This document shows positions 56,670-64,000 of a stretch of 64,000 nucleotides of DNA, piece by piece. The DNA is from an uncultured delta proteobacterium (GTDB lineage: Bacteria; Myxococcota; Myxococcia; Myxococcales; Myxococcaceae): assembly GCA_963713045.1 (NCBI GenBank), contig CAVQKE010000003.1:640001-704000 (forward strand). The letters run 5' to 3'. The notes under the pieces are model-generated. The model was not told the DNA's origin and did no database searches. It worked only from the letters and a program-made list of their open reading frames with translations. Position numbers and translations under genes: made by a program. Within the stretch, counting starts at the first letter, position 1. Each line of letters starts with the position of its first letter.

Positions 56670-59387
56670 ATGGTGACGCGCTGCCTGGTGCAGCAACAGC
56701 AGCAGCCCAAGTCCGTCGCCCCCTACCAATGCCTGATGGCGGCGGCCGCGCAGGGTAACGTGCCGGCCGTCGAGAGGGCCTTGGCGCAGCTGCGGCGGCG
56801 CTTGCCGGACGACCCGAGGCCCCTCTTCTACGCGGCCTTAATGCGGACTTTTAGCGAGGAAAATGTGCCCGACGAGGCGTACGAGCGGGCCGTCGTGGGG
56901 TTTCGCCGCGACGGCGAACCCGTCGGTCGGGTCTATTCCTTGACGACCCTCGCCGCGAACCGCTGTTTCAGCCATTCGTTGTGTGACGAGAAAACCGAAG
57001 ACCTCCTCACCGAAGCTGAGGTGGTGGCGGAGGGCTCCGGAAACGTCCATCTGCGACGGTTGGCCCAGCTGTTCTGGCTGCGCGAGGCGATGCATGCCGA
57101 CGACGCCGGGCGCGCCGAGCGAGCGCTGGCGCGCCTCGAAGCCACCCCGGGCGAGGACCCACCCTGGCTCGGCCAGCAGATTTTTGAGATTCGCGGACGC
57201 GCCGCCCTGTTTCTCAACAACTACCACCAGCAATACGCCGTCTACGCAGAGATGCTGGCTGCAAGTCCTGCTGGCGGTGCCATGCACGCCAGCGCCTTGG
57301 GAAACATGGGCCAAGCCGCTGCGCACTTAGCCGTTCGCGGCGAGGCCGACCGCCGCACGGCCGAGGAGCTCCTCCGCCGGGCCTTGAAAGAACAGCAACA
57401 ACTCGGACTCGAAATGACCATTAGCGGGGATGGCCTGCTCCGCACCACCGAAAGCCTCGCTGCGCTCCTGGGACCGACCACCGAGTCGATTCGCCTCCTC
57501 GAAGCCAACCTCGCCCGGTACGCCGGGCGAGGCCCCAGAAAGACGGAGGCACGAAACCCCTACCGGTCCGAGTGGCTGCTCGCCCGCGACCTCGTCGACT
57601 CGACGCCACCCCGGGCTGCCGAAGCCCTGCACCTCGCCGACGAATCGGTCGAGCGCGCCGCCCAGGCGGGGAGACAGTTGGAGCATGCGCACGGTCTTTT
57701 GGTTCGGGCCTATGTGCGCTGGAGAAGTCGGCAGCGTGAAGAGGCACTGCAGGACGCGAACGCTGCACTGGGCGAGATGGAGCAGCTGCGAAGCAAACAA
57801 GAGGACGTCGAGATTCGCATCCGCTACGAGGACGCGCTGGCCTTCTCCTATGAATTGGTCGCGGGCCTTTTGCTCGACCCCACCACTGGACGTGTCGAGG
57901 GGAAGGACATGGAGAGCGCCTTCAGCGTCATGGAGCGGCTGCGAGCGCGCGCCCTCTTTGAAAATCTCTTGGCCCGCGGGCGCGTCGGAGACGCTCGGGT
58001 GCAGCACGAGACCGCCTTGCGTCGACAAATTCTGCAGGCCCACCAGCGACTTCTCGACCCAGCCACGCCGCTCGACTCTCGAACAACAGCCGTGAACCAG
58101 TTGCGAGAAGCCGAGCGAGCCCTGGCACATTCCCAACACGCTGCTGTCGCCCTGGCCGAGCCACCCACGCTGGCCCAGGTTCAGGCGGCGCTGGGCGCCC
58201 AGGAGGCGCTGGTTTCCTTCCAAGTCTGGCGTGCAGAGGCTCCGCAAGACGCCTCCTACACGAATGGACACTCCTGGGCCCTGGTGGTCACCCATTCGGG
58301 GACGCGTGCCGTTGCACTGCCGAATGGCGATGCCTTTGAGGCCCAGTTGAATTTCTTCCGTCAGCTGCTGGAAGCGCGCGATGGCTCCGAGAAGCAAGGT
58401 GGCCTGACCTTGTATGACGCCCTGTTGCGGCCGGTGGTGGAGGCGCTGCCTCCGGGGATTGAGAGCCTGGTCCTCATTCCAGATGGGCCCTTGCATCGTC
58501 TTCCGTTTGACGCCCTCTTCATGTCCCCCAGCGGACCCTACCTTGCCGAGCGCTTCCGGACGTCTTTGGTCCCCTCGGCGGCCATTTGGCTGCGTCTCCG
58601 CCAAGGCGCCGGCGCGACGCCGGGCTTGGCCTTGGCCGTGGCTGACGCGACCCAGGAAGATGCAGCGGCTAGCTCAGGAGGCGTTGGCTTCGGTCATCTC
58701 GCTGGACTGACGCAGGCGGAAGGCGAAGCGGCCCGGGCCGTCCGGGCTTTCCCCGCGGGAAGCCAGCTTTTGACGGGCGTGACCGGGCCACGTCTGGCGT
58801 CGATGGACTTGGCGCCCTTCGCGCTGCTCCACATTGCGACCCACTCCTTGGTGGACCCGCTCCGTCCAGAGCGTTCCGGCGTGGTGCTGGACTCCGGGGC
58901 GGCTGGGACCGCGGCCCTGCTGGACACCGAAGCAATCTCCCGGCTGTCGCTGGAAGGAAAGGTGGTGGTGCTGGCCTCCTGCGAGACGTCCTCGGGACTG
59001 ATTCGTCGGGGAGAAGGGGTGATGAGTCTGAGTCGGGCCTTCTTCGCCGCCGGCGCGCGAACCGTCATTGGAAGCCTGCGCCGCGTGCGAGATTCTGAGT
59101 CGGCCGCGTTTTTCGACGCCTTCTACGCGGCCCTGGAAACGGGCCTGACGGTGGGAGAGGCCCTGGGCCTTGCCAAGACAACACGGCTGCGTGCCGGCGC
59201 GCCGGCCGCCGCCTGGTCTGACTTTGTGCTTTTGGGTGATGCGACGGCGGCCCCTCGAGCGGCGAAGCCAAAGGGCCGCGACGCGCTCCTTGCAGTCTTC
59301 CTCGGGACTGGCGCTGCCCTGGTCGCCGCCGGCGTTGTCGGGCTCCGCCGCCGGCGCCGCTCCTGGCACGCCGCAGTACGCGCCTAG
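56670..59387 (+). CDS. TPR-like helical plus CHAT (caspase-fold) protease with C-terminal TM; true start may lie upstream
   Basis: LVLIPDGPLHRLPF, LHIATH, VVLASCET, AFFAAGARTVIGSL and WSDFVLLG motifs; terminal TM followed by RRRRR. Confidence 0.88.
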   Translation: MVTRCLVQQQQQPKSVAPYQCLMAAAAQGNVPAVERALAQLRRRLPDDPRPLFYAALMRTFSEENVPDEAYERAVVGFRRDGEPVGRVYSLTTLAANRCFSHSLCDEKTEDLLTEAEVVAEGSGNVHLRRLAQLFWLREAMHADDAGRAERALARLEATPGEDPPWLGQQIFEIRGRAALFLNNYHQQYAVYAEMLAASPAGGAMHASALGNMGQAAAHLAVRGEADRRTAEELLRRALKEQQQLGLEMTISGDGLLRTTESLAALLGPTTESIRLLEANLARYAGRGPRKTEARNPYRSEWLLARDLVDSTPPRAAEALHLADESVERAAQAGRQLEHAHGLLVRAYVRWRSRQREEALQDANAALGEMEQLRSKQEDVEIRIRYEDALAFSYELVAGLLLDPTTGRVEGKDMESAFSVMERLRARALFENLLARGRVGDARVQHETALRRQILQAHQRLLDPATPLDSRTTAVNQLREAERALAHSQHAAVALAEPPTLAQVQAALGAQEALVSFQVWRAEAPQDASYTNGHSWALVVTHSGTRAVALPNGDAFEAQLNFFRQLLEARDGSEKQGGLTLYDALLRPVVEALPPGIESLVLIPDGPLHRLPFDALFMSPSGPYLAERFRTSLVPSAAIWLRLRQGAGATPGLALAVADATQEDAAASSGGVGFGHLAGLTQAEGEAARAVRAFPAGSQLLTGVTGPRLASMDLAPFALLHIATHSLVDPLRPERSGVVLDSGAAGTAALLDTEAISRLSLEGKVVVLASCETSSGLIRRGEGVMSLSRAFFAAGARTVIGSLRRVRDSESAAFFDAFYAALETGLTVGEALGLAKTTRLRAGAPAAAWSDFVLLGDATAAPRAAKPKGRDALLAVFLGTGAALVAAGVVGLRRRRRSWHAAVRA

Positions 59388-60376
59388 TTGAAGTTGTATT
59401 GCAGGACAATGAGCCCCAACAGCGAGGAGAGGAATACCTCGGTCGAGCCGACGACGGGGGCCCGCACGTAGTCAATCTCCAGGCCCACGTTCAGGGGCTT
59501 GACGGCGGTGTAGAAAATGCCGGTTTGCCAGCGGAATTGGAGAAACCTTGTCTGGCTCGCGCTGAACGCAGTCTGGAACCCGGCCAGAAACCCAATCGGC
59601 ACCTTGCATGCCGGGTTCAGGTCGAAGTCGAACACGCCGTTGAGGAGAAAGAAGCTGGCGGCGTTCGTCGTCTGGCCAAGGTTGTCCTGGGTCGTCGCGT
59701 TGGTGAACTGGTAACTGGCCGAGAAGGTGAAGCCCACCCACTTTTCAATCGCCCAGGCACCCACGAAAGCAGGCTGGAACGTGTAGGAGCCTGCGCTGGT
59801 GACTGGAGAGACAATGTCGCCATGGTCGATGCTCTCCTGCACCGTTTTGAGGATGTTGAAGAAGATGGAAGGCCCGAAGGTAACGTCGAGGGAACCACCG
59901 AGCCGCAGGTTGTCTCCCACTTTCCAGCTCAGGGTCGTGCCAAGCCCGGCCTTGACCACGGCATTGGTGCCGACAACGGCCACCCCGCTGCTGTTGATGC
60001 CGCTGTAGCCGGTGACCTGGAAGTCAACCCGAACTGCCCACCAGGGGAGAAACCCGTACTGATAGTCGAGGATTTGTGCATACCCCCCCACCTCGTAGTT
60101 CGCCAAGGTAACCGGGTGGCCTGCAATGCTGTACGTAAACCCCGCCGCCGTCCCGTAGCCGAAGCCGGTCTCGCTGGCGACATAGGTCGAGACGAAGGGG
60201 TCGAGGCTGAAGCGCGAAGGGATGAAGTTGTGCCCGGCGAGCTCGCGCCGCAGCTCGGGAGCGTCCTCTTGCGCCCGCGCCCTGGCCGGAAAAAGGCAGA
60301 GAAGCAAGACGCCCAGGACCAGGGCTTGCGGCCAAACGCGCTGCGCCGATGCCCACAGTTTCCGAAACACGTCCAT
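59384..60376 (-). CDS. putative outer-membrane beta-barrel protein
   Basis: Signal peptide, amphipathic strands, C-terminal LQYNFN. Confidence 0.7.
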   Translation of the reverse strand: MDVFRKLWASAQRVWPQALVLGVLLLCLFPARARAQEDAPELRRELAGHNFIPSRFSLDPFVSTYVASETGFGYGTAAGFTYSIAGHPVTLANYEVGGYAQILDYQYGFLPWWAVRVDFQVTGYSGINSSGVAVVGTNAVVKAGLGTTLSWKVGDNLRLGGSLDVTFGPSIFFNILKTVQESIDHGDIVSPVTSAGSYTFQPAFVGAWAIEKWVGFTFSASYQFTNATTQDNLGQTTNAASFFLLNGVFDFDLNPACKVPIGFLAGFQTAFSASQTRFLQFRWQTGIFYTAVKPLNVGLEIDYVRAPVVGSTEVFLSSLLGLIVLQYNFN

Positions 60377-60458
60377 CGCCCCTCCTCCTTCGGGTGACCG
60401 GCGGGCCACACTACCGCAGGGCCAGCGTCGAGGCAGCCCCCGGGGACTCTGCCTTTCG

Positions 60459-61286
60459 TCAGCCGCGCTGGGCCAGTGCGCGCTCCACCGCGGCAAATTC
60501 TTCGACCGTCAACGTTTCGGCGCGGCGGGTTGGGTCCAGATGGGCGTCTTCCAGGGCGGCCCGCACCCTGGCAGCTGTCCCCAGCGCCGCATCGGACTGA
60601 AGCGAGTTGAATAGCGTCTTGCGCCGCTGCGCGAAGGCCGCCTTCACCACCCGACGGAAGTGGGCCTCGTCCGTCACCTCGGCCCGCGGGACGAGGAGCG
60701 AGGAAAGCCGCACCACGGCCGAGTCCACTTGCGGCGGCGGGTGGAAGAGGCCGGCGGGCAGCGCGAAGAGGAGGTGCGGCCGGAAATAGAGGCCGAGCAG
60801 CACGCTGAGGAGGCCGTAGCGACGGCTTCCCGGCTCGGCGCACAGCCGCTCGGCCACCTCCTTCTGCAGGGTGAAGACGGCGCGGCTGATGCGGGCGTGC
60901 TGCTCCAGCACGCTGAAGAGGATGGGACTGCTGAGGTGGTAGGGGAGGTTTCCCACCACCGCCACCTTGTCCGCACCCGCCAGATGCGCGAAGTCCACCT
61001 GCGCGGCGTTGGCCGCCACCACCGTCAGCCTTTCGTTCTTCAGCTCGCCCAAGGCCTCCACCATGTCTCGGTCGCGCTCCACCGCCGTGACCCGTGCGCC
61101 CGTCTCCAAAAGGGCCCGTGTCAAGTGGCCGAGGCCCGGGCCAAGTTCCACCACGGGTTCATCGGGCTGCAGCTGCAGCGCGGCGGCAATGCGCTCCAGG
61201 GCGTCTGGGTCGCCGAGGAAATTCTGTCCCCAGCTGTACTTCGGGCGAAGCCCTCGGCGGCTGAGGATAGAGCGCGGGGACTCCAC
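60459..61286 (-). CDS. rsmA: 16S rRNA dimethyladenosine transferase
   Basis: GQNFL, ELGPGLG, GNLPY and PPPQVDS motifs. Confidence 0.95.
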   Translation of the reverse strand: MESPRSILSRRGLRPKYSWGQNFLGDPDALERIAAALQLQPDEPVVELGPGLGHLTRALLETGARVTAVERDRDMVEALGELKNERLTVVAANAAQVDFAHLAGADKVAVVGNLPYHLSSPILFSVLEQHARISRAVFTLQKEVAERLCAEPGSRRYGLLSVLLGLYFRPHLLFALPAGLFHPPPQVDSAVVRLSSLLVPRAEVTDEAHFRRVVKAAFAQRRKTLFNSLQSDAALGTAARVRAALEDAHLDPTRRAETLTVEEFAAVERALAQRG

Positions 61287-61288
61287 GG

Positions 61289-62287
61289 CTACGGCCTCCA
61301 AGCCGCGTCGACGGCGATGTCTGCCGAGGGCCGGACGCCCCGGCGGTAGGCTTCATACCCGGCCACCGCCACCATCGCCCCGTTGTCGGTGCACAGCCGA
61401 GGCGGAGGGAGAAAGACGCGGATGTCCCGCTCGGCGGCGCGCTGTTGCGTCAGTGCGCGCAAGCGGCTGTTGGCCGCCACGCCACCGCACAGCACCAGTT
61501 GGGGGACACCCAGGCGGCGCGCCGCAGCCACCGCCTTCTGACTGAGGGCATCGGCCACCGCTTCTTGAAAGGACGCGCAGAGGTCCGCCAACGCCTGGCC
61601 CTGCGGCACCCCGTGCTTTTGCAGGTGGCTTCGCACCGCCGTCTTCAGGCCGCTGAAGCTCCAATCCACCACGTCCGGCGCATTCATCGCCCGCGGGAAG
61701 CGAATGGCGCGCGGGTTTCCCCCTTGCGCCAGCGCGTCAATGGCTGCGCCCGCTGGGTAGGGCAGCCCCAACAGTCGCCCCACCTTGTCATAGGCTTCGC
61801 CGGCGGCGTCGTCGCGCGTGGTGCCGATGCGGCGGTACCGCCCGAAGCCCTCCACCAGGTAGAGGCTGGTGTGTCCCCCGGACACCACCAGCCCGACAAA
61901 GGGCGGCTCCGGCGCGTCTTCGGTGAGGCGAATGGCCAACAGGTGCCCCTCCAGGTGGTTGACGCCCACCACCGGCACGCCGGTGGCCGCCCCCAGCGCC
62001 CGGGCGGTCTGTAGCCCGACGAGGAGCGCCCCCAGGAGCCCCGGGCCGGCGGTGACGGCAATCAGGTCCAACCCCTCCAGCGGTACCTGGGCCCGCTGCA
62101 GGGCCGCGTCCACCACCGGCAGCACCTGCACCACGTGGTTGCGGCTGGCCAACTCGGGCACCACCCCGCCCCAGCGCCGGTGGATGTCCACTTGGGTGGA
62201 GATGACGTCCGAGAGCGCGCGTCGGCCGTCCTCCACCACCGCGGCGGCAGTCTCATCGCACGACGTCTCTAAGCCCAGCACCAGCAC
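61289..62287 (-). CDS. tsaD: tRNA N6-threonylcarbamoyltransferase
   Basis: GLETSCDET, GGVVPELASR, NHLEGH, SGGHT and DNGAM motifs. Confidence 0.96.
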   Translation of the reverse strand: MLVLGLETSCDETAAAVVEDGRRALSDVISTQVDIHRRWGGVVPELASRNHVVQVLPVVDAALQRAQVPLEGLDLIAVTAGPGLLGALLVGLQTARALGAATGVPVVGVNHLEGHLLAIRLTEDAPEPPFVGLVVSGGHTSLYLVEGFGRYRRIGTTRDDAAGEAYDKVGRLLGLPYPAGAAIDALAQGGNPRAIRFPRAMNAPDVVDWSFSGLKTAVRSHLQKHGVPQGQALADLCASFQEAVADALSQKAVAAARRLGVPQLVLCGGVAANSRLRALTQQRAAERDIRVFLPPPRLCTDNGAMVAVAGYEAYRRGVRPSADIAVDAAWRP

Positions 62288-62300
62288 GCTTGGTAGGCGT

Positions 62301-64000
62301 TTAGCGTGCGTGGCTGCGGCGCGCCACCTCCGGCCCCAGCACCCGCACCACGTCGCGCACCTCCCGCGCCCATCGGTCGTTGGGCGCAAGCTCCAAGTAG
62401 GTGCGGTAGGACTCCAGCGCCGGTGCGTACTGGCCGTTGAATTGTTGGGCGGCCCCGAGGAAAAGCCAGGCCCGGGGCCGCTTGGCGTCGGCGCGTACCA
62501 CGTCGGTTAACAGCTGGATGGCTTCAGCGTAGCTGCCGGAGCTCCCGCTCGAGTTGACGATGGCGCCCCCCAGCCCCTCCTTCGCCTCGAGCGAACTCGG
62601 CTGAATGGCGAGCGCCCGGCGGTATTGCACCGTCGCCGTCGCGAAGTCCCCTTTGTCCGTCGCGGCCGCTCCCTCCTCCAGGCAGTGGCGAAAATTGGCT
62701 TCGGGCGAGTCCGCAGCCGCCGCGCTTTCCGCCGACGGCCCGGGCTGGGTGGGGGAGGTGACTGCCAGAGCGCTGCTCAGTGCACTGGTGGCCGCAGCGG
62801 CCTCTGTTGGAGGCCCAAGGGGCGGCGCCACCGCAGCGACGGGCGGCGAGGCCCGGGACCACCACCAGAAGGCGGCCAAGGCGCCGACGGCCAGCACGGC
62901 CAGGACAAGAAGGGTGCTGCGACGGCGCTGGCGGCGCGCTGCCAGCGCGCGCTCCTCGTCCACCAAATGCGCCGCTTCCAGCGCTTCTTCCGCCGTCGGC
63001 CCAGGCGGCGTCGGCAATGCGGCGCCGGGCGGAGTGGACACGGACGGCGCGGGCGCCGGCAACGGTGCAGCCGGCACCCCCTCGGCTGGCGACTGCGCCT
63101 TGTTGCCGCTGGCCGGCACGTCCGGGTGGGCTGGGGCCTCGGGCGCTCCGCCGAAGCGCGACAAGACGTCCGGGGCGGCCGGCCCGTGCGGGGATGGTGC
63201 CGGCTTGGGCGAGGCGGGGACCAGGTTCGGCGGCGCCGTGGGCTTGGGCGCACGCGCCAGTGGGGCCGGCCCCCAGCCGGCCGTCGCCTCCCCGTGCCCA
63301 GCTTCGACCGTCCCCACCCCCAGCAGCTTTTGCTTGGCCTCCTCCATGGCACTCGGTGGCGGTGCCGCCTCGACGCGCACCGGCGGTGCCGGCGCCTCCC
63401 TCCCGGCGAAGTGCAGCACCCGGGCGCCGCGGGCGGCGGCGTCGGGCCCAGTCTCGGGCGGGCTGGCGCTGGCCGGCGGCCGCGGCATCGGCGGCAGCTC
63501 CGGCTCGGCGTTGGCCAACTCCGCCGCCAACGCCTCCAGCTCCGGACGGTCCAAGCCCCCCGGTGGCGGCGGAGGCGCAGTGGCGGGCCGGGACAGCCAC
63601 TCCTCGAAGGCCGGACGGGGCGCATCGGCTTCGCCTTCGGGTGGGATGCTTCCCAGCTCGCGAATCAGTCCCTCGAAGTACAGCTTGCAAATGATGCCGA
63701 GGGCAGCAAGGTCCTCGAAGTTGGAATCCTCCACCACCCGCGCCAGCGTCCGGCGTCCGTCGAAAAGGCGAAGCAGCGCATTCACCTCGTCCGGAATCTC
63801 GCTCAGCCGTTCTGCCAAGTGCCGGTAGTCAATCTCGAAGACGGTGTCCAGCGCCGGCAGCTGCTCCAGCATGCGCCCCCACTCGTCCAGCCGCCGCATG
63901 CCTTCCAACAGCAGCCCTTGGGTGGAGACTTCAATTCGGTCCGGGCGGTCGACTGGTTCGAATTGGACGTCAAACTTCCCCTCGAAGGTATTCAACATCC
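62301..64000 (-). CDS. DUF4388-like/TPR membrane protein, C-terminal part (5' end outside window)
   Basis: [12 protein letters not shown] (end of DUF4388), Pro-rich linker, TM, TPR repeats. Confidence 0.75.
   Translation of the reverse strand, partial: MLNTFEGKFDVQFEPVDRPDRIEVSTQGLLLEGMRRLDEWGRMLEQLPALDTVFEIDYRHLAERLSEIPDEVNALLRLFDGRRTLARVVEDSNFEDLAALGIICKLYFEGLIRELGSIPPEGEADAPRPAFEEWLSRPATAPPPPPGGLDRPELEALAAELANAEPELPPMPRPPASASPPETGPDAAARGARVLHFAGREAPAPPVRVEAAPPPSAMEEAKQKLLGVGTVEAGHGEATAGWGPAPLARAPKPTAPPNLVPASPKPAPSPHGPAAPDVLSRFGGAPEAPAHPDVPASGNKAQSPAEGVPAAPLPAPAPSVSTPPGAALPTPPGPTAEEALEAAHLVDEERALAARRQRRRSTLLVLAVLAVGALAAFWWWSRASPPVAAVAPPLGPPTEAAAATSALSSALAVTSPTQPGPSAESAAAADSPEANFRHCLEEGAAATDKGDFATATVQYRRALAIQPSSLEAKEGLGGAIVNSSGSSGSYAEAIQLLTDVVRADAKRPRAWLFLGAAQQFNGQYAPALESYRTYLELAPNDRWAREVRDVVRVLGPEVARRSHAR

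Noticed and set aside
32263..63828. Long antisense or alternative-frame ORFs (e.g. 34987-36585, 41325-43268, 62605-63828)
   Set aside because: Shadow ORFs typical of high-GC DNA, overlapping well-supported genes and lacking recognisable motifs.

Overview
GC-rich window from a myxobacterium (Myxococcaceae-like: Myxococcus-type PilA, tmRNA tag ANDNVELALAA). From about 24.4 kb to 64 kb it is mostly core chromosome: purC, purB, dut, pnp, rpsO, truB, rbfA, infB, nusA, rimP, an HD-GYP operon, sspB-like, smpB, panCB, rsmA and tsaD. It also carries an ECF sigma / anti-sigma / CHAT protease module at about 55.4-59.4 kb. The tmRNA gene (ssrA) lies on the minus strand at 23964-24324. Everything downstream of it (1-23.9 kb) is an accessory array of unrelated short gene blocks, mostly 1-2 genes each. 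These blocks are separated by at least 10 co-oriented, degenerate copies of a ~100-130 bp element. The element consists of the tmRNA 3' end (T-loop to acceptor stem) and/or the DNA that currently flanks ssrA, including a GCAAGTCCGCGACGTT core and 11-bp-period tandem repeats that resemble integrase arm sites. No integrase is encoded in the window. The best interpretation, which is inference, is an integron-like, ssrA-anchored gene accretion array built by repeated site-specific integration. Frameshifts in essential genes (infB, nusA) indicate sequencing indel errors, so frameshift-based pseudogene calls are uncertain. All alignments were done by eye.
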